Notes under the pieces: model-generated
What the model was told of the DNA's origin: nothing
Seen by the model: only the letters and a program-made list of their open reading frames with translations
Database searches by the model: none
NCBI RefSeq assembly: GCF_009914755.1
Contig: NC_060939.1
Source: the human T2T-CHM13v2.0 reference genome, Homo sapiens
Length of the DNA: 64,000 nucleotides
Reading direction: 5' to 3' (one strand)
Shown: piece after piece, positions 45,633 to 63,440 of the stretch
How positions within the stretch are numbered: the stretch's first letter is position 1
Layout: each line of letters begins with the position of its first letter
Made by a program: the position numbers and the translations under genes

Positions 45633-45721
45633 GAAAAATAATTACTGTCAATCCAACAATATGCCTGACCAATATATTGCAGATTTTCTGGAATTTACTG
45701 AGATTCTAAAAGAGAAGAGTT

Positions 45722-46054
<333 letters not shown>

Positions 46055-46547
46055 CTAAATATTTTGAGCTATTCGTTTTTGTAACGTTATAATCAAATGG
46101 GTAAAACTAAAGAAATATACCAATATTGGGCCAGAGAAATAAAGTAAATAGGAACTTCATCATTACAAAGAGATCTAAGGTCGGGGAGAATCCAGTCTTT
46201 GGACCAGGATAATATTCATTTATGAAACAAGCTAATGGGGTCCATCTTCCATCAATCTCCACCTTCTATACCTCTTATTTTCAGTGTCTCTGCTCTTGAT
46301 TCAGACTTTTAATCTACTATGTTATCTGCTTCATCTCTCAGCTCCCAAGGCTGTGAGAAATGTGGTATATTTTGTAGCACATCATTGTCATATTACCTAA
46401 TGGTGAGAGGGATGGACCCAGCTGGAGTCTTTGGGTTGGCTCATTTAAATAATGTTTCCTAAAGACCAAATGCTTTCTTTGGATGCTTGCTTGAAGTCCC
46501 TGTAAAAAAAAGACATTACTCAATGTCTGTATTGCCTAGTAGATTTA

Positions 46548-46832
<285 letters not shown>

Positions 46833-47036
46833 TCAAGCTTTGAGTCTCAGTTTATTATGCTGGGATGGTTGAAGTAATTTGGCCTTGAGATGCCTAATGA
46901 TACCTTAGGCACGTAATAATACATAGCATGTTGTGGTTTTGGCTTAATTACAGGATTCAGAGTATTAACCTAATGAAGTAAATTAGCTGAGTATCTTAAG
47001 TCCACAATAATTGCCTAAACTTTGACATTTCTGTAA

Positions 47037-47135
<99 letters not shown>

Positions 47136-47296
47136 TAAGTAAAATAGCCATTTAGAGCCCAAAGTAAATAAAATTGAGAAATAACTTTTCTCACTCAAGT
47201 GAGATGACTATAAAATATAGGCAACATTTTCTTGGCTTTCTTAACATCCTTTCTATTAATTCTAGTAGAGATTTTGCATAAGAAGTTAATGGTAGA

Positions 47297-47419
47297 TCAA
47301 GTACAGTGAACATTGTTCAGGTGAGGGATACATTAAAACCAAGACTACACCATCAACAGTAGATACATGGAACAGAATTGTACTTGTACCCCTCAAGTTT
47401 ATGCAGATTAAAAAAAAAT
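47297..47419 (+). mobile_element. 123-bp 5'-truncated L1 (L1MA/PB-like) terminus
   Basis: L1 extreme 3' motif (gtacttgtacccc...A tail) between perfect 14-bp TSDs aagttaatggtaga 47283-47296 / 47420-47433. Confidence 0.8.
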
Positions 47420-48191
47420 AAGTTAATGGTAGAATTTGGACTTCAATGAAGTGATTATAGATTATTTCTATTGAGTTCTAATGCTTGACACCATAATAAT
47501 TATTTCAATGTCCTGGGCTTTGCTGTTACTCTTTGTTGTTGTTATTTTATAGTGAAAGGTATCTAAAATTTAACTTTTAAAGGAAACATTTTAATGCAAA
47601 TCAGTTTTCACACTATTTAGATCACCTGGTACTTTATGGTTTTTAGAATGTCTTATGTGCTTGATTATACAGATAATTTTGGTATCCAGGGTAAACAAAA
47701 CAAAAATAAAACTTGCTTGAAATATCTATTATGTGCATCCTAAGAGATGATTTATTAAAATTAGAATTGAGTTAAAAATAAGTGACCTTGCCTTATCTTT
47801 GGACTTTTTACACACAGGCCTCCTGAATTTGAATGAGTGTAGATTAAGCTTTTGTACTAAACTTAAAAATCCTGTAGCCCTTATTTGTGTTTTATATATG
47901 CACCCAGCATAAATGAAAAATATTAGGCAGTGAAGTAAAGTTTCATAAACAGTGCACAAGTCAAGGAAAGCTGTAGACATAGCCAAGTCAGTACTAGGGA
48001 GCAGAGCTTTGGGTGTACATTGGACCTGTCTCCCTTTCCCTACATGAAGGCAGTGCCACAGGCATCCATCATCCTTTGGTAGAGGCAGCCCTTTCCTGGT
48101 CTTCCTATTGTTACCTGGACCTCCTTGCAGACATAAACATCTGTCATCTTTGTATTCAACACAGTTTCATCCCTACTGCCTGCAAGGCACT

Positions 48192-48710
48192 TGTATTAGT
48201 TATCTGTTGTTTAAGAAATCACTCATGTAGTAGTTTAGAACAACAAATACTTACAGTTTTTATGGGTCAGGAATCTGGGCACAGGTGAGCTAAGTGCATC
48301 TGCCTCAGGGTCTCTCACAGGCTGCAATATAAGTATTGACTGGGGCAATCTCATCTGAAAACTTGACAATGGGTGGAAGGACAGGGAAAGATCTGCTTCC
48401 AAGCTCACTCATATAGTTACTGGCAGGCCTTTGTTCCTCACTATGTGGGTCTCTCTTAAGCTGCCTGAGTATTTCTACAGCATGGCAGCTGGTGACCCAA
48501 AAGAGATCCAGAGAGTGGAAAAGAGTGCCCTAGATGGAAGCCACAGTCATTTTGTAACCTAATCTCAGAACTGGTATCACATCTACTCTGTTCTGTTGTT
48601 AGAAGTGAGCCAGTAGGTTTAGCCCACATTCAAAGAGAAGGGATTATACAAGGGCATGAATACCAGGGGGTGGGGATCATTGGGGGCCATCTAGGAGGCC
48701 AAATACCACT
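48192..48710 (-). mobile_element. MaLR LTR (MLT1F-like)
   Basis: tgtattagttatct start (reverse of LTR end), gggtcaggaatctggg, atcattgggggccatct. Confidence 0.75.
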
Positions 48711-50293
48711 GTACTCCTCTATTTATCTTCATGATCCAGCTATGTTAGCTCACTCGCTCTCTCTCTCTCTCCCTCCTCCTTCTCTCCCTTTCTCTCTCCC
48801 TCCCCTACCATATGTATATATATATACAAGAGAGCCTACCAAGGCATAGTTCAGTGCCTATATAGTTGGCAGCCAAGAGGCCTATAGCAGATAGAGAAGG
48901 TGTGTCATCAAAGGATCAAGCATACAAGCAGCAAGTAAGAAAGCCTCAGAATGGAAGGGGTGGGGAAAAGCAAACAGGAGAAGAGCTGTCACCAATTCTA
49001 ATGAAAGAATCCAATACTCAAGTTCTACTGTCTCTGTCTTCCTCTTTATCCTTTCATCTTGACAGAGAACCAGGAGTCTGGACTGTAGATTTTCAGGTTA
49101 TGATAGCTGAAAAGAGCTACCTAGGTAGCAATTGCAGCTACAGAGAACAAAACAGAAAGTATCTGGCAGAAATCTTTTCTTACACAGTTCTCTTTTGCCA
49201 AGGAGTGCCTTTGCTCCTTACTAAGGTCTGGAAGAGTGAAGGAAGACATTGACCGGGGCACGGAGTTAGTTCCCAGAAGTGGTACTTGGATCATATCTTT
49301 CCTATTCAGTACAGTAGTATAATCATTGGCCTTCTTACCAGGAAGATGGGGAGCCTGTCAAGTTTGTATGGGCCCTATAAACCTGGAGGAGTGGCATGAG
49401 CATCTCTCAGTCCTAGCTGTGAATGTGTAGGGCTAAAGTGGCATGCCATCAGAAATGAAATGAGATGGGACAAGGTTAAACGAAAAAACTGGAGAAAAAT
49501 CCAAACTGGGTCTTCAAAGTAAACAAGCAGGTCCTGAGAGTCAAAATGAAAGTCACAGCGTGTGACTCAGTAGATGGGAATATATAGAAACAAGAGAATC
49601 CCAGAGATGGGAGACTATGGCCCGTGACTGACATTTTCTCTGCTCCCAATCATACCTGGTTCTGCACTTGCCCCAAGACGCTGTCATGAATAGACTTGGC
49701 TTCAGAGTCTGGCATGGACTGCTAGGAGATTATATCCAAAGCAGGTTACAGAGCCCAGAATTTCTTCAAGTTCTCATGCCTAGAAGGAGGAGATGGGACA
49801 ATTCATTGCATTTTTCTTCTAAGGTTCCTTAACAAAGTCCTTAGAATATCCAAGTAGGAAGGTGTTTTTCATTTACCAATGGCACAACTCACTGAAGAGT
49901 GGGCTGCTTAATCACAATCTTGATCAGGGGGTCAAAGAGGAGACTTAACTTTCCTTAAGTTTTGAATTGGGACAGAAGCAGGACCTGGCCTTTTATTGAC
50001 ATAGCCATTGGTCAAAGGATTTGGGCATATATTCATAATATGTGTATAATTATTTATAAATTATATATTTTTATTATATATAGTGAATACATTATAAAAT
50101 GTACCAACATATAAATTTTTAGTAAGATAAAGATAAAATAAGTATTTTTAAAAATTTTTAAAATTGTATGAATAGCACAAACCTTTTAGTTCTTGCTAAC
50201 AGTGTTCATTAACTATAATGTTCTGGTTGCTTAATCTTGTTAATTATGATGGCTTTATACTGGCTGTAATTAATATCTCAAGACATCATACTC

Positions 50294-50594
<301 letters not shown>

Positions 50595-53500
50595 AAGACA
50601 TCATACTCTATACTTAGGTGAGGTTCAGCATTGATGATAGGTATAAGTCCATAATTTCAGTTAGTCTTCTAGATAATTTTTAAGTTTTGGGATTTTTTTG
50701 GCTGACTTTTCTTAAGTTGGATTGGATCATCATCATTTTTACTTTCTAATATGGGTGAAAAAAAAGCTCATGCTAAGAGTAAAAATGTCAACTCTCATTT
50801 TCTTGTTCATGGATGCTTATTATCTTGAAAATACAGTGTGCTTTTTGCAGAAAGCCTTAAGACACGTACGTTTTTTCAGTCTTAGCACACTTGAAATTAA
50901 ATGACACAATTCATAAACCCACTGCATGAGTAAACTGCAGTCCATTCTAATGCGCTGAGAGCAGACGCACCAGTGCTGTTCCACTGTTTTGTGGTTTGGA
51001 GCCTCCACTCTCAGGTTGCCTCCAAAGCTGCAAGGGACGTTACCACATGAGGGATCGAGTGACAGGCTGAATATTGAATGGTAGTACAGAGTAATTTCTT
51101 ATTTATTTCTTTTTTAATATAAACAGAAGTTCTTATACTTTCCTCACATGACCAATGGCATCATCTTATGTGTCACCTGGGATGTGGGTACTCTATTTGA
51201 GAGACAACAGGTCTAGAGTGATGGTTCTCAAACTTTTATTTGCAGTTTTCTTTCACTGGCTCTCAGGGGGGCATCCTAGCATCTGCATTTTAGCAAACAT
51301 TCTTGGTATTTCTAATGCAGATGATTTGTCCTTGGAATCTCTGGGATGAGCATGACTGCCTGGAACCAATATATTTTTGGACATGTAGAGGGCCTTTCTC
51401 TGTATGATTGAGAGCTTGGTCCTGGAAATTCTACTACCCGGTTGCTATGAACGATTGGAGTGCCTCTTGCACTGGGATTGAGCCAGGACTGGAACCCGGC
51501 AGTCAGGCTAGCAGGAACTGCCAATGCCTGCTCAAACTGTGAGGCTGATTGAGTATCAGAGGCCAAAAGTCCCAGGGCAGCAACTCCTTCTGAGAGGGGA
51601 GGCATATAATGACTGCAGATCTCTGTTTGTTCCTTTGACAGCAGAGCACAGTTCCTATGAGTAACTGAGAATCAACATTGTTTAGATATGGGGCTTCACT
51701 TTATCTATGGAAACCCAGGAAATAGAGTTAATTCCAAATGAATACTATCCCTGGTCACACCTTTAAAAAAGATTTTAGAACAGATATGCAATAATGATCA
51801 TTTTCATTGTCATCCTTATCAAGATCTTCATCATCATCATTAATATTTTCATAACACCCTTGACAGTTTGCAAAGGACTTTCTTTAAACTTACGAGGTAA
51901 ATGTTTACTCTTTCCCTTTAAAGATGAGGAAACTGAGGCTCAGAGAGGTTATGTAAACCAGTCCTAGATCACATGCATAATCACTGATGAGGCTCAAGTC
52001 CTAATCAGATATCTACAACCTAGCACTCTTTTGCTCCATAACTGCCTGAAAATCAGAAAGCCTAATTGTCACAAAAGATAATTTTCCTTTTTAGCCAGCA
52101 TTGCTTAAGGGAAAATCTGGTCGTTTTGTCTGGTAGAGACAAACCAGTAGGTACACAAAGTGGTGATAACGAATGCCAGCAAATGCAAGATTCTCCTAGC
52201 AGTAATCTTAAAACAACGATAAGGACGTTGTCAAAAGAGCTCAAAGTGCTTTTGTATTGTTTTCAAAATAGGTTTCACTGTAATCCACACTTTGGCAATG
52301 ATTTTTCTTTTATGTCAAAGGATAGTTCCTCCTCTTACCATTGCTGGCTTTCACAAATTTTATTGCTTGTGATATCTGCTCACACTGTTCTTAATGACCA
52401 TGATTTGCTTATTGACACTGGGAGGGTGACTGCCATCTGTACCAGCACTATCAGAACTGCACAGAAATCTTCATTTTATGTTCGCTCTGTTGTGCTACTA
52501 TTTAGGAAAAGAAAAGAAAAGAAACAAGAACAAAGCAAGTAATAGTGAGAAAAAGTGAGGGGAAGAGGTTTTTTGTTCAATGGTGAGTGTAGATTAGAAG
52601 GTGCATTGTCATTCAATTATTGAAACACCATGGATCCTATCTATTCTGGGCTGTTCCAGTGCAGTTATATACGATATGACTACATTCTAGTCACAGAGAG
52701 AGAGGAGAGAGGAGAGAGGGAGAAAGCATGCATAACAAGATGTTAACACGTGGTAATCTATGTGAGGGGCATTCGCATGCTCACTGTTCTTTCCATTTTT
52801 CTTTGGGTTTGAAACTTTTTAAAACAAAAAAACAAACTTTTAAAACAGAATTATAAAATAAAACATAACAACAAACTGGAAAAACATTTGCAACAGATAT
52901 GACACAAAAATTGCTAAGATTCTTAAATACAAAGTACACTTGCTAAAAAAAAAAAAACCAACACTTGATATAGACAGAAGGGCATCAACAGACCACTCAC
53001 AGAGATGGAAATGCAAGTAACCAGTAAGCATGTGGAAAGTGTTTAATGCCACTGGTAACTGATGAAACACAAATGAAACAAAAATGTCTCATCTTACAGA
53101 TAAACCAGAGAAATGCAAATCAAACAATATATTACTATTTTTTCTTTAAAAATAAGGAAAACAAATTAAACCACTATAATACTCAGTGCTAATGAAGGTA
53201 CAGCAAAATGGGCATACTTTTATCCTGCTGGTAGAAGTGTAAATTAGCACAAAGTTTTCTTCATTCAGCTTATTATTTCATTGATACATAATACTTGTAT
53301 ATATTTTCAAGGTACATGGGATAATTTGATACCTTCTTCTAATGTGTAAAGATCAAATCAAGGTAATTGGATTTTCCATTACCTTAAATACTTATTTTTT
53401 CTTTAAGCTAGAAACATGCAAATTATCTTCTAGCTATTTTGAAATGTACAGTAGAGTAGTGTTAACTATAGTCACCCTATTGATCTGTAAAACCTAGGTT

Positions 53501-54360
53501 TTATTTCTTCTCTCTAACTGTATATTAAACCCATTAATCAACCTCTCTTCAACCACCCCTCATCCCTCTCCTCCTTGCCTCTGGTAACCACCAATCTACT
53601 CTCCATATTCATGAGATCCACTTTTTTTTTTTAGCTCCCACATGTGAGAACGTGAGATATATTTGTCTTTCTGTACTTGACTTATTTCACTCAACATAAT
53701 AACCTCTAGTTCCATCCATGTTGCTGTGAATGACAGGATTCCTTTGTTTTTTATGGTTAAATAATATTCCATTGTGTATATATACCACATTTTCTTTATC
53801 CATTCATCCATTGATGGGCACTTAGGTTGATTCCAAGTTTTGTTCATTGTGTATAATGTTGCAATAAACATGGGACTGGAAATCTCTCTTCAATATACTG
53901 GTTTCCTTTCTTTTGGATATATACCCAGTAGTGGGATGGCTGGGTCTTATGGTAGTTCTATTTTTAGTTTTTTGAGGCACCTCCATACTGTTTTCCATAG
54001 TGGGTATACTTTGCTGAATTCATTAATCAGTTCTAACAGTTTTTGGTGGTGTCTTTAGGTTTTTCTGAATATAAGATCATGTTGTCTATGAACAAAGCTA
54101 ATTTGACTTCTTCCTTTCCAATTTGGATGCCTTTATTTCTTTCTCTTGCCTAATTGCTCTGGCCAGGATTTCCAGTATTATACGGAATAAACGTTGTGAA
54201 AGTGGGCATCCTTGTCTTATTCCAGATCCTAGAGGAAAGGCATCCAGTTTCTCCCTGTTTAGTATGATGTTGGCTATGGGTTTGTCATATATGGCATTTA
54301 TTATTTTCAGGTATGTTCCTTCTATATCCAGTTTGCTGAAGGTTTTTTATCATGAAGGGA

Positions 54361-54770
54361 TACTGTGGTTTGTATGGCTCCACCAAGTCCCATGTTGAAA
54401 GTTGATCCCCAATGTTAGAGGTGGAACCTGATGGAAGGTGTTTGGGTTGTGGGGGTGGATCTCTCATGAATGGATTGGTGCCATTCTCATGGGAGTGAGT
54501 GAATTCTACTCTTAGTCTCCATGGGAACTGGTTGAAAAGAGACAGGCACCTCTTCCTCTCTCTTGCTGCTTCTCTCACCATGTGATCTCTATGTCCTGGC
54601 TCCCCTTACCTTCTACCATGAATGGAAGTAGCTTGAAGCCCTGACCAGAAGCAGATGCTAGCACTATGTTTCTTTTACAGTCTGCAGAACCATGAGCCAA
54701 ATAAATCTGTTTTTAAAAAAATTACCCAGCTTCAGGCATTCCTTTATAGCAACACAAACAGAATAAGACA
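54361..54770 (+). mobile_element. MST (MaLR) solo LTR nested in L1
   Basis: MST motifs (gttgatccccaatgttagaggtgg, gcagaaccatgagccaaataaa, aataagaca end); 5-bp TSD aggga 54356-54360 / 54771-54775. Confidence 0.88.
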
Positions 54771-54903
54771 AGGGATGCTGAATTTTATCAGATGCCTTTT
54801 AGCATCTATTGGAATGATCATATGGTTTTTTGTTCTTGATTCTGTTAAAGTGATGTATCACATTGATTGATTTGACTGTGTTAAATCATCCTTGTATCCC
54901 TGA

Positions 54904-55193
<290 letters not shown>

Positions 55194-56977
55194 TATGGTG
55201 AATGATCTTTTAAATGTATTGTTGAATTTGGTTTGCTAGGATTTCGTTGAAGATTTTTGCATCTATATTTATGAGTGGTATTGGCCTATAGTTTTCTTTT
55301 TTGTTGTTGTTGTATCCTCATCTGGTTTTGGTATCAGCATAATGCTGGCCTCATACAATGAGTTTGAAATTTCCTTCTCTTCATTTTTTTTGAAGAGTTT
55401 GAGTAGAATTGGTGTTAGTTATTCTTTAAATGGTTGATAGGTAGAAATTAGCAGTGAAGCCATCAAATCATTGGTTTTTCTTAGATAGGAAACTTTTTGT
55501 CATGGCTTTGATCTCTTTACTCCTTATTGGTTTGTTGAGGCTTTCTATTTCTTTATGGTTCAATCTTGGTAGGTTGTAAGTGTCCAGGAATTTATCTGTT
55601 CCTTCTAGATTTTCCAAATTGTAAATTGTTGGGATATAGTTGTTCATAATAGTCTGTGATAATTCTTTGTATTTCTGTGGTCTCAATTGTTATGTCTCCT
55701 TTTTTGTTTCTGATTTTATTTATTTGGGTTTTATCTCTTTTTTTCTTAGTCTAGCTAAAGGTTTGTTGATTGTCTTTATCTTTTCAAAAAACCACCTTTT
55801 AATTTTGTTGATCTTCTGTATGTTTTTGTCTCAATTTCATTTATTTCTGCTCTAGTCTTTATTATTTTTTACCTTTTATTAATTTGGGGTTTGGTGTGTT
55901 CTTGCTTTTCTAATTCCTGGAGGTGCATCATTAGGTTGTGTATTTGAAGTTTTTATACTTTTTGATATAGGCATTTATTGTTGGAAACTTTCCTCTTAGG
56001 ACTGCTTTTTCACTGCCCCATAATTTTGGTATGTTGTATTTCCATTTTCATTTGTTTCAAGAAATTTAAATTTCCTTTTTAATTTCTTTATTGACTGTCA
56101 TTCAGAAGCATATTGTTTAGTTTCCATGTGTTTCTGTAGTTTCCAAGGTTCCTCTTGTTATTGATTTCTAGTTTTATCTCATTGTAGTTAGAAAAAAATA
56201 CTTAATATGGTTTCTACTTTTTAAAATTTGTTGAGATGTGTTTTGTGGCCTAAGACATGATTTCTAAGAATGTTCTCTATTCTGGAGAACGTTCCATGTG
56301 CTGATAAAAAAGAATGTGTATTCTATAGCAGTTGGGTGAAATGTCCTATAAATGTCAGTTAGACCTGTCTGGTCTAGTATGTAGTTTAACCTGAAAGTTA
56401 TTGCTGATTTTCTGACTGGATGATCTGTCCCTTACTGAAAGTGGGGTGCTAAAGTCCCTTACTATTATTGTGTTGCAATCTATCTCTCTCTTTTGGCTCT
56501 GTTACAATGTTTGCCTTATATACTTGGGTGCTCCAATGTTGCGTGCATAGACACTTACACTTGTTCTATCTACTTGCTGAATTGACTCCTTTAATGATAT
56601 AATGACCTTCTTTGACTCTTTTTACAGTCTTTGACTTGTAGTCCATTTTATCTATGTATAATTACTCCTCTTTTTGAGTTTCCAGTTGCATAGAATATCA
56701 ACTCCATGTCTTTACTTTCAGTCTGTGTCTTTATAGTTGAGGTGGGTTTCTTGCAGGCAGCATATAGTTGGGTCTTGTTTCTTTTATCCATTCAGCCACA
56801 CTGTGTTTTTTAATTGGAGAACTAAATCCATTTACATTCAGTCTTATTATTGCTAAGTAAAGACTTACCATTTTTATTGCTTGTTTTCTGGTTGTTTTGT
56901 AAATTCTCTCTTCCTTTCTTACTGTCTTTCATTGTGGTTAAATTATTTTTCTCTGGTAGTATGTTTTAATTCATTGC

Positions 56978-57314
<337 letters not shown>

Positions 57315-59508
57315 CATTGCTTTTTATTTCTAATGTATCTGTTATAGTTTTTTGCATTGTGGTTCCCATGAAGCTTATAAAAACATCTTCTAGATATAAT
57401 AAGTTATTTTAAAGAGATAATGTTATCTTAGATCACTAAAAAATAATAGAAACAAAGAAAAAACTTTAAAAAAACTCTACACTTTAAGTCCATTCCCCAT
57501 ACATTTTGACTTTTTTTGGTCTCACCTTACATAGTTTTATATTGCCTATCTTTTAACAGGTTGCTGTAGCTATTACTGTTTTTAATAGATTTATATTATA
57601 GGCTTCATACTTGAGTTTGAGTAGGTGTTACACCACAGAGTATTAGTGTATTCTGAGGTTGTTTATGTACTTAATTTTACCAGTGAGTTTTTTTACCTTC
57701 CAATGTTTTCTCTTTGCACATTAGTGACTTTTTTCTTTCAGACTGAATAACTCCCATTAGCATTTGATGTAACATGGGTCTGGTGGTGGTGAATTCACTC
57801 AGCTTTTGTCCGTCTGGGAAAGACTTTATCTTAGCATATTTGAAGGATACCTCTGATGGATACAGTATTCTTCGAAGGCAGCTTTTTTCTTTTAGCACTT
57901 TGAAAATGTTTTCACATTCTCTCTTGGCTTATATCGTTTCCATTGAGAAGTCGTTTGCCAGATTAATTAGAGCTCCTTTATGTGCTATTTGCTTCTTCTC
58001 TCTTGCTGTTTTCAGGATCTTCTCTTTGTCCTTGACCTTTGAGAGTTTGATTAGTATATGTTGGGATGGTCTTATTTGGGTTGAATCTATTTGGTGTTCT
58101 CTGCCCTTCCTGTACCTGGATATTTCTGTCTTTCTAAAGTTTTCAAAAGTTTTCTGTTATTGTTTCTTTAAATAAGCTTTCTACCCCTTACTCTTCTTCA
58201 ACTCTCTCTTGAACATCAATAATTTTTAGATTTGGTCTTCTGAGAGAATTTTCTATATCTTGTAGGTGATCTTCATTCCTTTTTATATTTTTCTTCTCTG
58301 ACTGTGTGTTCTCAAATAGCCTGTCCTGAAGCTCACTGATTCTTTCTTCTGCTTTAACCATTCTGCTGTTGAGAGCCTCTAGTGAATTTTTTAGTTCAGC
58401 AAATGTATTTCAACATTTCTGTTTGGTTTTATTTTTATTATTTCAATCTCTTTGTTAAATTTCTTTGATAAATTTCTTAATTGATTTTCTGTGTTATCTT
58501 GGTGATCACTGAGTTTCCTTATAATTGCTATTTTGTTCTTGGTCAGAGATCTCGCATATCAACATCTCACTAAGGTCAGTCACTGGTTCCTTGCTTTGTT
58601 CATTTTGGGGAAGTCATGGTTCCTTGTTTGCTGTTGATGTGCCTGTATGTCTGTTTCTTTGCATTAAAGGATTAGTTATTTATTCCAGTCTTCTCTCTCT
58701 GGCTTGTTTTGGTTTTTAATGGATATGCTTGCTTTTTTCTTTGTAATTTTTGAATATCTTTTTTTCCCCCACTAGGTTGCTGTCTCCTTTTTGGCACTAG
58801 ATGGCAACTTAAGCCCGGATTTGTGTCAAATCTAATAAAGGATCAGAATGCTGCCTGTCCCAAATGGAAGAGGTCCCAAAGGGGATATTCTGGCAATGTG
58901 GGTCAGCTGGCCAAGGGTTTGTGCCAAGGGGACCTGTGGAACATACTTTCTACAGCATGGTACTGCCACTCTGATTTGGTGTCTCCTTTGGCCTAGTTAC
59001 AGAGCAGAATATCTAGGGTTGGGATGGTTGTCTCACCTCCCTACTTTGTCTCTGGCTGTCCTCAGGGATATTTGTCCCTTCAAGTACTCCTGATACTTTC
59101 CATGGGTTGAGGTAGGGACAGGTCTTTTGTCAGGAACCCAAGGTGATAGGGAAGCTGGTTGTCAACCTTGATCTCACTTTAGAATTCTAGTGAAGAAACC
59201 ATGAGTTGGGAGAAATATTTTCACATGCTTGGTGCAAGGCAGATTGTGGAGAGAGGAGTCACGGATATAGAAATCTGATTTCCTTTCCATCTGCTTGGAG
59301 TTTTTTCCCTTCTCCATGACCTGGGAACTGTCTCATCCTCATCTTTGGGTTCTGGGTTATTGCTGGTAATAATCTCAGTAATGTATGTTTGTTTTTAGTT
59401 TTCTGTTATGGGAGCATGAAGCCAGCTTGCTTCTATGCTGGCATTTTGGAACTGGAAGACAGCATGAAGTTCTTAAAAGCAATTTTTCAACATATATGAA
59501 AAAATTTA

Positions 59509-59849
<341 letters not shown>

Positions 59850-60389
59850 TTATCTTAGGAACTAAAGAGAGATATACATTAATGTCTGTATAAGTATGTT
59901 CATTTTAGCATTGTATTTAATAGCAATAACTTTGGATATACCTTAAGTATCAACAGTAAAAGAATTATTAAATTCATTTTAACACATCTATATGTATGTT
60001 ATATAGCTATTAAAACTGATATTGAAGAAATTTTACTGACATGGAAAATTTCTCAAGCATATGCTGAGGGGGAGAAAAGCAGTGTACAAAATTATATCTC
60101 AATTCAATTATCAATATCTAAATTCACTTCTAAACACACCATCCATAGAAGTAAAAGGATTTAAGAAATACACCAAGATACTTTCACTTCTGGGAAGGTG
60201 GTGACATACTGTCTTTTATGCCTCCTGCTAAGTACAACTAAAAACTTTGGACATTATATTTAAAACAAACTTTAAAAGACTCTGAAAGACGGAGAGAAGA
60301 AGGCAGACCAGCTGAGGGCCTTGAGACACAAGGAACAGCATGGTGGTGAGTTTCCTGGGTTTTCTTTTTGCCTCATATATCCCATAGCA

Positions 60390-62600
<2,211 letters not shown>

Positions 62601-63316
62601 GTAAGTTGCTTTTTAATGATAATTTTGCAAAAGTGGGTATCACAATAGAATCAAGTTATTGAGTTGTATTGAGTTATTGGTGGGTGAGTTTTGTTAGTCC
62701 TAATTATATTGATAATCTTAAAGATCTTGAACTTGCTTTCAAATTAAAAATTTTAAGACATAACATGACACACAAGTACTCATTCTTACAATTTTATTTT
62801 TTTTACATTGCTCTCCCATGGAACTATCCACTGCTTAATAAGGAAAATGTTTAACCACCTTTGATATTTAAATCTTTACAACTATATAAAATAGCAGAGA
62901 TTTCAAGAATATAAGTATTAATCACTTAGGGACCATCATTTTGTATATATTTAACGTTGGTTATACTGTAATTTGATTTTATTAAACAAAATACAACATT
63001 ATGTATTTTCTTTTACCAAGAATGTTTTATAGTGCAATAATTCTGTCAGTTGTTAATCATATAAACTCAGCCAGAAATAGAGCTTTTTATTCATGCTATA
63101 ATGGTCTTTATCAGACTTGGAAATTCTTATGCTTAATAAAACAACTGCAGTTTTACAGTGGCAAAAATAATAAAGATTGGTTTAATTTATTGTAATTACC
63201 AATAGAATATTTCCTATAAAATATAAGCTTAATTAGGAAGCATTGTTTTAAAATTACAATTTGAAAAGCTTTTAAAATAGCAAATTTGATTTTAAATTCC
63301 ATTTCTTCTTACTTAG

Positions 63317-63434
63317 GTTACTTCCAACTGTAATTGATCAGAAATCATTTATTTTCCCTCAGGAATCTGAGGGTACATTTTGGCAACCCCAAAGACAGCA
63401 CAGTTCATCTCTGCCTGTCTTTCCAAGAGCAAAG
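63317..63434 (+). CDS. IQCH: IQCH coding exon 4 (118 nt; [40 protein letters not shown])
   Basis: Acceptor ttcttacttAG|G, donor AAG|GTAGGT; cumulative CDS 387 nt = 129 codons. Confidence 0.95.
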
Positions 63435-63440
63435 GTAGGT

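Noticed and set aside
52066-52542. 158-aa + strand ORF, the longest in the track
   Set aside because: Starts at TTG, no recognisable domain, and IQCH exon 3 joins exon 4 in frame without it.
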